DNA from: Mobula hypostoma
Lineage: Eukaryota
NCBI RefSeq assembly: GCF_963921235.1
Contig: NC_086097.1
Coordinates: forward strand, 59,956,001 to 60,020,000
Direction of reading: 5' to 3'
Length of the DNA: 64,000 nucleotides
The notes beneath the pieces were generated by a model. That model searched no databases. It had not been told where the DNA came from and was given only the letters and a program-made list of their open reading frames with translations. The first letter of the stretch is position 1. The number at the start of each line of letters is the position of its first letter. Of this stretch, positions 26,072 to 38,039 are shown piece by piece. The position numbers and the translations under genes were made by a program.

Positions 26072-27062
26072 TCATAGAACATATAGAATAGTACAGCTCA
26101 GTACAGGCCCTTTGGCCCACAATGTTTTGCTGACCCTTAAACCCTCCCTCCCATATAACCCCCCCACCTTAAATTCCTCCATATACCTGTCTAGTAGTCT
26201 CTTAAATTTCACAAGTGTATCTGCCTCCACCACTGACTCAGGCAGTGCATTCCAAGCACCAACCACTCTCTGAGTTAAAAACCTTCCTCTAATATCCCCC
26301 TTGAACTTCCCACCCCTTACCTTAAAGCCATGTCCTCTTGTATTGAGCAGTGGTGCCCTGGGGAAGAGACGCTGGCTATCCATTCTATCTATTCCTCTTA
26401 ATATCTTGTACACCTCTATCATGTCTCCTCTCATCCTCATTCTCGCCAAAGAGTAAAGCCCTAGCTCCCTTAATCTCTGATCATAATGTATACTGTCTAA
26501 ACCAGGCAGCATCCTGGTAAATCTCCTCTGTACCCTTTCCAATGCTTCCATATCCTTCCTATAGTGAGGCAAGCAGAACTGGACACAGTACTCCAAGTGT
26601 GGCCTAACCAGAGTTTTATAGAGCTGCATCATTACATTGCGACTCTTAAACTCTATCCCTCGACTTCTGAAAGCTAACACCCCATAAGCTTTCTTAACTA
26701 CCCTATCTACGTGTGAGGCAACTTGCAGAGATCTGTGGACATGTACCCCCAGATCCCTCTGCTCCTCCACACTACCAAATATCCTACCATTTACTTTGTA
26801 CTCTGCCTTGGAGTTTATCCTTCCAAAGTGTACCACCTCACACTTCTCCGGGTTGAACTCCATCTGCCACTTCTCAGCCCACTTCTTCATCCTATCAATG
26901 TCTCTGTGCAATCTTCGACAATCCTCTACACTATCTACAACACCACCAACCTTTGCGTCATCTGCAATCTTGCCAAACCACCCTTCTACCCCAACATCCA
27001 GGTCGTTAATAAAAATCACAAAAAGTAGAGGTCCCAGAACAGATCCTTCTAGGACACCACTA
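26072..27062 (-). mobile_element. Young CR1 LINE 3' 1 kb, same subfamily as 20058-21270
   Basis: ORF 26072-27019 (IADD, WQMEFNPEKC, LVRPHLEYCVQF); near-identical to 20060-21050. Confidence 0.95.
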
Positions 27063-27254
27063 GCTTCCCATAAAGGCTGGGTGGATAAGTCCTGACTCCA
27101 GACACCTACAATGATGTGGTCTCTATTGTACCTGAGGTTCCTGCAAAGTGCCTTGTGAACAGTTACCTTTCTCTGGATCTAGACCAAAGGTAATTTCTGG
27201 TTGGGACCTGAAGGTACAAGGAATCTGTCTTCAGAGTGAATCACGTGTAAAGTA

Positions 27255-27745
27255 GATTCGTAGCAGTGTTGGCAAAGGGAGAGATCTTGAGATCCAAGTC
27301 AACAAATCTAAGTCACTGTGCGAATTGATAGGGTTTTAGGAGCGTGTATGGTGTGCTGTCTGAGTTGGGAGATTGAGTTCAAGAGCCGCAAAGTTATGTT
27401 TCAGCTCTGGTCACCTCAGGAAGGATGTGGAAGCTTTAGAAAGGGTGAAAAGAAGATTTACCAAGGTGTTGCCTGGCTTAGAGAACATATCTTATGTGAA
27501 AAGTGGAGCGAACTAGAGCTTTTGTCATTGGAGAGATGGAGGATCAAAAGTGACTTGATAGAGGTTTATAAAAATATGAGAGTGGATTACTGGTGACTTT
27601 TTTTTCCCAAGTTGGTAATGGCCAATTTCTGAAGACATCTGTTTAATGTGAATGGATGAAAGTTCAGGAGAGACATCAGAGAGATTATACAGAGTGGTGT
27701 GTGCTTGGAATGCACTGCTAGTGGTGGTGAAAGAGACTGATACAA
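27255..27745 (+). mobile_element. Old CR1 3' fragment
   Basis: ORF 27318-27596 EIEFKSRKVMFQL...DLIEVYK; agagtggtgtgtgcttggaatgcactgc. Confidence 0.75.
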
Positions 27746-28042
27746 TGACTGATTGGTTGCCCATCATATCTGTCAATGACAGATTTGTGCACTTCTACTG
27801 TTGTGCACTTTTAGTGATATAAACTACATGAAGAAACCTGTGTGGGAGAGTTTTTAAAGTGGAAGAGATGTTCCATTCTGTCGACCTCAGAAGTCTTTGC
27901 AAGCTGGGAAAGGCAAGTCCTTACCAAATGGCCCCACGGCTACCCTCAACTGATTTAGCCCATCTGTTGAAGTGCTATAGTATGGCCATTGTCACATGCA
28001 AACACCTAGTTGGAGCCCAGGTGAGAGCTGAGTATCTGGTGG

Positions 28043-28312
28043 GGAGCCATAGTAGCATAGCGGTTAGTGCGCCACTATTATAGCTTGCGGCATTGGAGTT
28101 CAGAGTTCAATTCCGGCACTGTTATAAGAAGTTTTGTGTGTTTTCCCCATGACTGCACATGTTTTCTCCAGGTGCTCTAGTTTCCTCCACAGTACAATGA
28201 TGTATCGTTCGTAGGTAAATTGATCATTGTAAATTGTCCTGTGATAAGGCTAGTATTGAATAAGTGGACCTGTTCTGTACTATATTTCTAAATAAATAAC
28301 TAACTAAATAAA
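28043..28312 (+). mobile_element. V-SINE-like SINE
   Basis: tagcatagcggttag A-box, gagttcaattcc B-box, ccaggtgctctagtttcctccacagt core, TAAA tail. Confidence 0.75.
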
Positions 28313-28349
28313 ACAAAGGTGAGTGACACACACAAAATTTCCCACTTCA

Positions 28350-28655
28350 ATTTTTCTCAGGGCTGAAATAGCTAACACGAGAGGGCACAGTTTTAAGGTG
28401 CTTGGAAGCTGGTACAGAGCAGATGTCAGGGCTAAGGTTTCTATGCAGAGAGCGGTGAGTACATGGAATGGGCTGCCGGCAGTGGTGGTGGAGGCAGATA
28501 CGATAGGGTCTTTTAAGAGACTCTTGGATAGGTACATGGAGCATAGAAAAATAGAGGGCTCTGAGTAAGCCTTTGTAATTTCTAAAGTAAGTGCATGTTT
28601 GGCACTGCTTTGTGGGCCGAAGTGCCTGTATTGCGCTGTAGGTTTTCTATGTTTC
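28350..28655 (+). mobile_element. CR1 3' fragment (lineage of 4330-5682)
   Basis: RAEIANTRGHSFKVLG...WNGLP; ttctatgt tail. Confidence 0.88.
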
Positions 28656-28782
28656 AATTCTACCAAAGATCCCACCCCTCCATGGACACCCATACACCTC
28701 AACAGGAATATTTAAAAGACGTTCAGGCACATGGATAAATGAATAATGGAGTGTTATCATCTGTATAGGAGGGAAAGGTTAA

Positions 28783-28860
28783 AAGGTACCAAACTTTTTC
28801 TTATGACCTGGAGTGCTACCATTAACCAAGGGGTCTGTGGACCCCAATTTGGGAACCCCT
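28783..28860. mobile_element. Small hAT-like MITE remnant
   Basis: aggtaccaaac...tttgggaacccctg resembles CAGGGGTTCCCAA-type terminal inverted repeats. Confidence 0.45.
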
Positions 28861-29816
28861 GAGTTAGACAGGTTGTGAAATAGATTTACATAGATCAGCA
28901 CAACATCGTGATCCAAAGGGCCCATACTGTGCTGTACTGTTCTAAGTGAGCAGCAAGTGTGTGAATTAGGTCTGGTGTAACTAGTGCAGTTTCTGAACCT
29001 TCATAGTCAGTGAAACCTGGTTCCTTTGCAAATGAAGTGTGATTTTTGTTTTTAGATCCTTGAGGTTGAAAATATTACTGGTGACGAATTTGGAATGTTA
29101 CACTACTGTTGAGTCATGGTGACTGGTGCTGAAACACCAAGAAACAAGAGCAAGGTTATTTCACTCTGTTTTGGTGCAGTTTTCACATTTTTAACATTTT
29201 GCTTTTGGCACTGTGTAGATAAAATGTTAGGTTAGACTTTTCCAAGATTGAGCAAATGAAAAACTAAATCTACTGAACTTGTGCTATCAAGGACCCCCTT
29301 CGCAGATATTAAAGGGAGACTTGCACAAGTTTGAGAATTTCTTGCCAAAGGTAAGTGATAACACTGAATTAATGTAAATAAAACAATTGGGTGGAAGGAT
29401 TATAGGATTTAATCCATCCTGCTGCGCCCCCAATCACAGACCTTCCAATATGGATCTTCCTCCTTTCCCTCCTCCTTACTCTATGATTTCGCCAACTCTC
29501 CATTACCTTTTGTTACCTGTTCTACCATTGATCAATTATCTGATCTTAACATAATTCAGCCTTAGATCCAAGCTGCTGGAGCTACTATTTATACGCAGCA
29601 CCTTCAACAACATAGGATCAAATCCAGAGAGCGCTAAGGCTGCACCCAAATTTGCATGCGTGCTCCATGCTGTACCCCATGTTATAATTACTAGTCTGAT
29701 ATTTAGTTATTTACCAAAAAGATAGGAACAACATACTGGGAATACCCCATCTTGTTTCCTAGTTTTTTTTTGGTTGCTCAAATGACTGATAGATGATTTA
29801 CCAAAAAGAAGATATA

Positions 29817-29922
29817 GATCTTCTCCTCTAGTAGGGAAAAAATCCATCCAGTTTCTTTAAATGCACAAGGAATAAATTCAGCAGGCACTGGATGGATTTT
29901 TTCTCTACTAGAGGAGAAGATC
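29817..29922. repeat. Inverted repeat: 36-bp arms, 34-nt spacer
   Basis: gatcttctcctctagtagggaaaaaatccatccagt (29817-29852) versus actggatggattttttctctactagaggagaagatc (29887-29922), one G:T mismatch. Confidence 0.95.
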
Positions 29923-30114
29923 GATATGACAGCAGACAATTTGGAGATTTGAGTTTCCACAAATAACTTTGCAAGTTATGTAAAGTCCTGTGAGATCAAC
30001 AATCTGGGATGTTAAGCCCTTTCTCTCTCTAGAGATGTTGCCTGACCTGCTAAGTATTTCCAGCATTTCTGAATTTCAGTAGCTGTGGAATGTTACTTTT
30101 TGTACTTGCACTCA

Positions 30115-30635
30115 TTCCTCTCCAAGTGAGATTCAGATCTCTCCTGTCTTCCATCTCTCATTTCTTTCCTTTTCCACCCACTACTGAGGAACGTTCTTAG
30201 TCCTATGCCACATTTACCGAACATCATCCTTAACCTACCTAAAATCATATGGTTCCTCCCATTCCCTCCCCTTGACTTCTATTGCCTTTGCTTCCTGCCC
30301 ATTTCTTTTCACCTTATTTCTCTCTCACAGACTGCCCCTCTTACTTTTTTACTCCTTATCTTCTTTCACCATCATTTCCTCCACTGACCCTCCAATCTTC
30401 TTATATTGTATTTTTTCCTCAACTTCTTGTTTGTGTCCCTTCTTCCGTCTTTCTACTCTGCTCTATTTTTCCTTCTACTCTCCTCTCCATTTTTCCAGTC
30501 TCTTTCCTGTTTTTATTCTCATTTCATTTCACTCTTCAGTTATTTCTCACATTCTAAATTCAACTCTACCTCCTAAATCCACTTTGTCCTTGTGTCTTTT
30601 TTCCCTCTTTCGCTTTTCTATTCTTGTATATGCTT
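30115..30635 (+). repeat. Polypyrimidine low-complexity tract
   Basis: About 500 bp strongly C/T-rich on the + strand with no regular period. Confidence 0.8.
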
Positions 30636-32664
30636 AATGAACCCTCCACTGTCTAAACCTGTCTATCTATGAATGACTATCTTCATCTTGATCCCTGGTG
30701 TAGAAAGACTCTGCATTTGATGACATCACCCAAGCATTTGAGACTATTTTTATCAACACAATAATAATGGGAAAAAAGCTCATCCAGAAATTTTAGATAA
30801 AAGGTATTAAGAGAATATTTGGACCATGCATTACATTTAACAAAATTATATTACCTGCTGATCTCTATTTTCATACTGTTTTTTTTCTGAAAGAGCAGGA
30901 TTTTTAATGTTATTTTTATAATCCATTTCTCCTGCTCATATGCTTTTTTTTGTAATAGCTGTTCATTTTTTCCAGTATGAAGCCACCATATTCCTGGCAT
31001 TTAACAGCTCCAAACATTACCATGTATTTCTCACACAGCAGCATCTGTGACCTGACAAGTCTGGTGGAAAGAAAAACATTTTTTTTAATAGAGAGAGGCA
31101 TTAGCTTCAACATTGAGATGTTAAGAACATCTCGGTGGTGAAACATTGCTGCATCTCTTCATGGGTGTATTCTGAAAAATGAGGTGACATGATTAATAGT
31201 TCAAGGAGCTGTTTTATGTTTTGCATTCTGTCTGAACTGTGTATTACTGAGCTTTATAGAGTAAAAATGGGAAAAGCCTCAGCAAGATTAAACATTAACA
31301 GCTCGTGGAAATTAAAATGAAGGATCTTGAAGATTTCGAAATGAGGTTCCGATTTCTTTAAAGCATCTGTAATAAAAATGCAAGTGTAACATAAAATTCA
31401 TTACTAAATTCAGATGATGTGAGAAAACAACTTTGGGATTCAGCAGAAGTTAAGGAGGAGAGTTAAAAAAGATCAGCCAGGATTGAATGGCGGAGCTGAC
31501 TTGATGAGCCAGATGGCCTAATTCTGTTCCTATATGTTACGGTCATATGATCTTAAATCTCGACCTTGCGCTCCTTGATAAACCAAGGAGATTTACCAGG
31601 ATGCTGCCTGAATTAGAGGGTATGAGATATAAAGAGAGGTTGGTTTGTTTTCTCAGGAACATTGATAGTTCATAAAATTATGAGAGGCATAGGTAGTGTA
31701 GAGAATCAGAACCATTTCCCTGATGTAGAAATTTTAAAAAAATACTGGAGGACATGGATTTAAGGTGATGGGGAAAAGTTAAAAGGAGATGTGCAGGTCA
31801 AGTTTGCTTGCAGGAGAGATTGGGCGCCTGGAATGATGTAGTGCTGTTTCAGAGGCCTTCAGACAGTCACACAGACATGTGGGGAATAATCAAGCAGAAG
31901 AGTTTAATTTGGCGATGTATTCCACATCCCATTATGACCATCCTGTTATACGTTCCATATTCTATATGTCAATACTGAGAGTAAGCACCTGATGGCAGGA
32001 CCAGCAACTCCAGGCCCAAAAATAGCTGAAATATTTCCAATATGTGAACAATTATGTACTTGCCTTGGGTAATGGGGGCTAAAGAGATTATCACCTATTT
32101 TACCACACTGTCATATTCAGACCCAATCAGAAGTATGTTCATTTGCCACATCAGCCATCTCCTGCCTCATCTGCAGAATAAACACATTTCCCCATTTGCC
32201 AGTTTTAATTTCTCTATTACTCTCCTTGTGTATCTGAAGAGTGGGCCATAGCAATTGTTACCCAGAAATGGGTTTGGTAATACTGGTGCAGTAGGAGACA
32301 TTATCTTTAATTCCTCACAACTGGAAGTGCTAGGAGAAGACACACATACATAGCAAAGCAATCTGCGCAGGGTATTCAGGAGACAATTTTCCTACTGAAA
32401 ATCAGCCACATTGTGAGAAATTAGTGTGGACAATCTCACTGAAACATGTCACCTGCATCAACCAACATCAGACCGGGGATAAAATCATTTGTGTCATTGT
32501 TATTATCCATGGTTTTTTTCTGCAGTGCGGGGGTTGGGGATGTGTTGCTATTGTCACTGTTTTTTTCTGCAAGTGAGGGTGTTAGGGATTGCATTGTTCC
32601 TTTTTTTTCTGAAGGGGAATTGTCGGAGATTGTTATTGTTATTGTCTTTTCTGTACTGAGGGGG

Positions 32665-33460
32665 TTCAAAGGTTAATTTATTATCAAAGTGTTTATGCAG
32701 TATACGACTCTAAGGTCATCTTCTGCAGATAGCCATGAAGCAAAGAAAACCATGGAAGTCATTCAAAGAAGAAGATCAAAATCGCCCCAGCAGAATTGCG
32801 CAAACAGCAACATAAACTATCCCTCCATGCAGAAAAACAAATAGTGCAAATGGCAAGCACATCAAATCCTAAACCTCCACACAAAGAAACTAATAAACTG
32901 CGCCAAATGGCGACAAGAAAGAACAGAATATAAAAACAAAAAACTGAAAGGGTTCACAGTCCAATCCATAAATCAAAGAACCTCGGTAACATCGTCCAGC
33001 AGCATTGAGGGAGAGAGACACTTCTCGAATGGAGAGGCCTTCCCTCGGGAGCAATGGGTGATAGGTCACCATGCATGGACACCTTATCCGGCAGCAGCGA
33101 GAGAGGAATCTGTCACAGTAACGAGCACGAGGCAGGTACTCTGTGCTGAACGGCCGTTTGCCTCAATGTTTCAATCTTCCTTGAAACATTAATCAGTGAG
33201 AATGGAGTCAATCATGGACTCGCGCACTGTCCCTAAGCTTGTTCACCTTGAGACCACTTGCCTCCTAGAATTTTCTTGGAGTCAGCAAAGTGCTAGATCA
33301 CTCAATTGATCTCTATATGGTAAGTCGCAGGCTCTAACAGTTCCAGAAACATATTTAAGATAAAAAAAAAGATGTAGAAGAAGTGAATTAATTAGTTTCA
33401 TGGACAATCTGGAAGATTTTGCCTGAGGAAATATTGTTCGCAGGTGCCATCTTGACCAGA
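32665..33460 (-). mobile_element. Non-autonomous non-LTR element with 5' AAGATGGC motif
   Basis: GCCATCTT at 33446-33453; 3' end ttcaaaggttaatttattatcaaag (AATAAA plus tail on the minus strand), similar to the 10340-10430 3' end. Confidence 0.55.
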
Positions 33461-33689
33461 TCTTTGAATATTTTGCCTTTTGCTGAGGCAGTGAGAGGTG
33501 GACACAGAATCCATAGAGGGGAAGTAGGTTTCCTTTACCTGCTGAGCCATGTCCACAACTCTCTGTATTTTCTTATAGTTACAGGCAGAGCAGTTGCCCT
33601 TGGAAACCTCAATGCAGCTGGATAGGGTGCTTTCTATCGTGCAACAATAAAAATTGGTGAAGGTCAGAGGGGACGTAGTTCATCGTGGA

Positions 33690-34435
33690 AGTTTAATTGT
33701 CATTCAACCATGCATGGACACCCATGAATAAAGCCAAACAAAACTGTGTTACTTCAGGGCCAAGGTGCACCACACAGTAACAACAGTCATACACTGCACA
33801 AAGACAGCAAGCATGTGTAAGATATCAGTAAAATGCAGCCACACAAAAATATAGTCAAAGACCCCTGACTCTATGAATGTTGCAGAAATTTGCAGTCAAA
33901 CACAATACGGTGAACACGGGGGCAGCAGCGACACCACCTTGGATGTTCTACCACACTGCCCCCCGTTGAGCACACTGACTCTGACACCATTCTCCTGGGT
34001 AGCTGCAGAGAGGTGACACTGCAGCGTGAGGCCGAGTCCTCGTCACAACTGAGGCCACACTGCTTTCCCTCCGTCTGCCAATAAATCACTGAATTGGTCT
34101 TGTTGCATTCTTCATTAACAATGTCCATCAGGGTCTTGCTATCACAAGAAAAGTGACTAACACAATCACTCGCTGTTAGACTGCACACCTCCTTCACGCA
34201 CTGATGGCCTCTGCAGCTCTTTCACACAAGCACCAGCACGATCTACGCCAAGTAGTCCAGCTCCTTCAGTTTCTCTGCCAATGAGCAACTTGCTGATAGG
34301 GTAGACCTGCAGTACTTTAGATTCTTAATATCCAGCAGAGTCTTGAGATCGTAAAAAAATCCATTTAAAAAGGGCAATAACAACCTTGGCTGACCCCGTA
34401 GAAGCTGCTGCATTTGAACGCGCTGCCACCTTACT
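33690..34435 (-). mobile_element. Second non-autonomous non-LTR element, inserted in an old Rex-like LINE
   Basis: gcgctgccacctt at ~34420-34432 (AAGGTGGCAGCGC on the minus strand); flanks 33500-33680 and 34440-34670 are Rex1/Babar-like. Confidence 0.5.
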
Positions 34436-34855
34436 GCATGTACATGCCAAATTTCTTCAGCCTCCAGAGGAATTAGAGGCAGTGGTGAACCTTCTTGGAT
34501 GTGTCATCAATGTGGTTGGATGAGGACAGTCTATTGACGATGTTCATTCATAGGGACCTGAAGCTCCCAACCTTCTCAGCGTCAACATCATTAATGTAGA
34601 TAAGAATATGTACAATGCCCCCTTTCTTAAGTCAATCAGCAAATCTTTTGTTCTGCTGATATTGAGGAAATGTTCAAAGTTCAAAGTAAATTTATTATCA
34701 AATACATGCTGTATATCCACCATATCATCATCAGGTGCCATGTCCTGTTTGAGCTTTGACTGCCATGGCCCACACACTCCTGTTTTGGGTCAAGTGGATC
34801 AATTCATTGTTATTTATTTCCAGTTCTCTGGCTGCTGTCTCCATCATCATTTGTC

Positions 34856-35633
34856 CGACAGAGTGATCAGCAGCACTGGGGCTCCACAGGGGACTGTCTT
34901 GTCTCCCTTTCTCTTCACCATTTACACCTCAGACTTCAACTACTGCACAGAGTCTTGTCATCTTCAGAAGTTTTCTGATGACTCTGCCATAGCTGGATGC
35001 ATCAGCAAGTGAGATGAGGCTGAGTACAGGTCTACGGTAGGAAACTTTGTCACATGGTGTGAGCAGAATTATCTGCAGCTTAATGTGAAAAAGACTAAGG
35101 AGCTGGTGGTAGACCTGAGGAGAGCTAAGGTACCGGTGACCCCTGTTTCCATCCAGGGGGTCAGTGTGGACATGGTGGAGGATTACAAATACCTGGGGAT
35201 ACGAATTAACAATAAACTGGACTGGTCAAAGAACACTGAGGCTGTCTACAAGAAGGAACTGGACTCTCTGACGGTGGTGTCTGAAAAGAGGATGCTGTCC
35301 AAGTTGCATGCTATCTTGGACAATGTCTCCCATCCACTACATAATGTACTGGGTGGGCACAGGAGTACATTCAGCCAGAGACCTATTCCACCGAGATGCA
35401 ACACTGAGTGTCATAGGAAGCCATTCCTGCCTGTGGCCATCAAACTTTACAACTCCTCCCTTGGAGGGTGAGACACCCTGAGCCAATAGGCTAGTCCTGG
35501 ACTTATTTCCTGGCATAATTTACATATTACAATTTAATTATTTATGGTTTTATTACTATTTAATTATTTATGGTGCAACTGTAACAAAAACCAACTTCCC
35601 CCGGGATCAATAAAGTATGTCTATGACTATGAC
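34856..35633 (+). mobile_element. Rex1/Babar LINE 3' fragment with internal deletion, inserted in the RTE
   Basis: STGAPQGTVLSPFLFTIYT...KFSDD, KTKELVVDLRR, YKYLG, FLPVAIKLYN; AATAAA plus (TATGAC)n tail. Confidence 0.9.
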
Positions 35634-36184
35634 TTTGCCTTCCTTTTGCTTTCTTCCCTTCAATCTTTCCCATAATTATCATGCATTCTAACTCCTCTTT
35701 CGTAATCACGTCCAATGAAGTTACGTTGCCTTTTCATGATCTCATACATTATTTCTCTTTTTATGTTTGCTCTGTTCATGACATCCTTGTTAGATATTCA
35801 TTTCATCCATGATATTCTTTGCATCCTCCTCAAAAACCACATCTCTGCTGCTTCAATTTGTTTCCTTATGTTACTAGATATTGTCCAACATTCTGATCCA
35901 TACAATATAACTGGATAACCAAAACATTTCAGTACTCTGTGACGGGTTGGCATGCCTAGTTTAGTAATGGTCAGTATACTCTTCATTCTCATAAAGGTGT
36001 CTTTTGCCGTCCCTATTCTTCTTTTGATGTCCATGTCGCACCTGCCATCTGATGTCACCCAGCTTCCTAAGTCGCAAAGGTTCTGTACTTGTTTTATGTC
36101 TTCCCCAGTTATTTTCAGCTTGCAGGTAGGATTCTCCTTCTTTTTGGATATCACCATACATTCTGTCTTTTTGCAATTGATAGA

Positions 36185-37982
36185 TTGTAAGGGATAAAAT
36201 TGGTCCTCTTGAAGATCAGAGTGGTCAGCTATGTGCGGAATCAAAGGAAATGGGGGAGATCTTAAATAGGTTTTTTGCATCTGTATTTACTAAGGAAACT
36301 GGCATGAAGTCTATGGAATTAAGGGAATCAAGTAGTGAGATCATGGAAACTGTACAGGTTGAAAAGGAGGAGGTGCTTGCTGTCTAGAGGAAAATTGAAG
36401 TGGATAAATCTCCGAGACCTGACGGGGTGTTCCCTCGGACCTTGAAGGAGACTAGTGTTGAAATTGCAGGGCCCTGGCAGAAATATTTAAAATGTCGCTG
36501 TCTACAGGTGAGGTGCCGGAGGATTGGAGAGTGGCTCATGTTGTTCCGTTGTTTAAAAAAGGATCGAAAAGTAATACAGGAAATTATAGGCCAGTAAGTT
36601 TAACGTTGGTAGTAGTTAAGTTATTGGAGGGAGTACTAAGAGACAGAATCTACAAGCATTTGGATAGACGGGGACTTATTAGGGAGAGTCAACATGGCTT
36701 TGTGCGTGGTAGGTCATGTTTGACTAATCTATTGGAGTTTTTTGAGGAGGTTATCAGGAAAGTGGATGAAGGGAAGGCAGTGGATATTGTCTACATAGAC
36801 TTCAGTAAGGCCTTTGACAAGGTCCCGCATGGGAGGTTAGTTAGGAAAATTCAGTTGCTAGGTATACATGGAGAGGTGGCAAATTGGATTAGACATTGGC
36901 TCAATGGAAGAAGCCAAAGAGTGGTGGTAGAGAATTGCTTCTCCGAGTGGAGGCCTGTGACTAGTGGTGTGCCACAGGGATCAGTGCTGGGTCCATTGTT
37001 ATTTGTTATCTATATCAATGATCTGGATGATAATGTGGTAAATTGGATCAGCAAATTTGCTGATGATACAAAGATTGAGGGTGTAGTAGACAGTGAGGAA
37101 GGTTTTCAGAGCCTGCAGAGGGACTTGGACCAGCTGGAAAAATGGGCTGAAAAATGGCAGATGGAGTTTAATACAGACAAGTGTGAGGTATTGCACATTG
37201 GAAGGACAAACCAAGGTAGAACATACAGGGTTAATGGTAAGGCACTGAGGAGTGCAGTGGAACAGAGGGATCTGGGAATACAGATAAAAAATTCCCTACA
37301 AGTGGCATCACAGGTAGATAGGGTCGTAAAGAGAGCTTTTGGTACATTGGCCTTTATTAATCAAAGTATTGAGTATAAGAACTGGAATGTTATGATGAGG
37401 TTGTATAAGGCATTGGTGAGGCCGAATCTGGAGTATTGTGTTCAGTTTTGGTCATCAAATTACAGGAAGGATATAAATAAGGTTGCAAGAGTGCAGAGAA
37501 GGTTTACAAGGATGTTGCCGGGACTTGAGAAACTCAGTTACAGAGAAAGGTTGAATAGGTTAGGACTTTATTCCCTGGAGCGTAGAAGAATGAGGGGAGA
37601 TTTGTTAGAGGTATATAAAATTATGTTGGGTATAGATAGAGTGAATGCAAGCAGGCTTTTTCCACTGAGGCAAGGGGAGGAAAAAAAACAGAGGACATGG
37701 GTTAAGGGTGAGGGGGGGAAAAGTTTAAAGGGAACATTAGGTGGGGGCTTCTTCACACAGAGAGTGGTGGAAGTATGGAATGAGCTGCCAGACGAGGTGG
37801 TAAATGCGGGTTCTTATTTAACACTTAAGAATAAATTGGACAGATACATGGATGGGAGGTGTATGGAGGGATATGGTCCGTGTGCAGGTCAGTGGGACTA
37901 TGCAGAAAATGGTTCGGCACAGCCAAGAAGGGCCAAAAGGCCTGTTTCTGTGCTGTAGTTTCTATGGTTTCTATGGTTTCTA
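36185..37982 (+). mobile_element. Young 5'-truncated CR1 LINE inserted in the RTE
   Basis: Contains ORF 36492-37958; (TTTCTATGG)n tail. Confidence 0.95.
36492..37958 (+). CDS. CR1 ORF2 reverse transcriptase domain (partial, 488 aa)
   Basis: NYRPVSL, QHGF, DFSKAFDKV, GVPQGSVLGP and FADD motifs all present; a short segment near the C-terminus appears frameshifted. Confidence 0.85.
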   Translation: MSLSTGEVPEDWRVAHVVPLFKKGSKSNTGNYRPVSLTLVVVKLLEGVLRDRIYKHLDRRGLIRESQHGFVRGRSCLTNLLEFFEEVIRKVDEGKAVDIVYIDFSKAFDKVPHGRLVRKIQLLGIHGEVANWIRHWLNGRSQRVVVENCFSEWRPVTSGVPQGSVLGPLLFVIYINDLDDNVVNWISKFADDTKIEGVVDSEEGFQSLQRDLDQLEKWAEKWQMEFNTDKCEVLHIGRTNQGRTYRVNGKALRSAVEQRDLGIQIKNSLQVASQVDRVVKRAFGTLAFINQSIEYKNWNVMMRLYKALVRPNLEYCVQFWSSNYRKDINKVARVQRRFTRMLPGLEKLSYRERLNRLGLYSLERRRMRGDLLEVYKIMLGIDRVNASRLFPLRQGEEKKQRTWVKGEGGKSLKGTLGGGFFTQRVVEVWNELPDEVVNAGSYLTLKNKLDRYMDGRCMEGYGPCAGQWDYAENGSAQPRRAKRPVSVL

Positions 37983-38039
37983 ACCCAGTTTTGCACTTTC
38001 TTCAATAACTATATCAATTAAGTTTTTTATCCACAATAT

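Larger units (their letters stand above)
34724..38027 (-). mobile_element. RTE-clade LINE 3' fragment in three pieces (37983-38027, 35634-36184, 34724-34855)
   Basis: Pieces join as NLIDIVIEESAKLG / SINCKKTECMVISKK...DIKRRIG...LYGSECWT...GKIEGKKAKGRQR / QMMMETAARELEINNNELIHLTQNRSVWAMAV; (GAT)n tail; 12-bp direct repeat tatccac(c/a)atat at 34714-34725 and 38028-38039. Confidence 0.88.

Noticed and set aside
29041..29160. Possible host exon after the ttttgtttttag acceptor
   Set aside because: Stops in all three frames and only a weak donor; cannot support a coding exon
30205..30637. Hydrophobic F/L/S-rich ORFs resembling membrane proteins
   Set aside because: Artefact of the polypyrimidine tract
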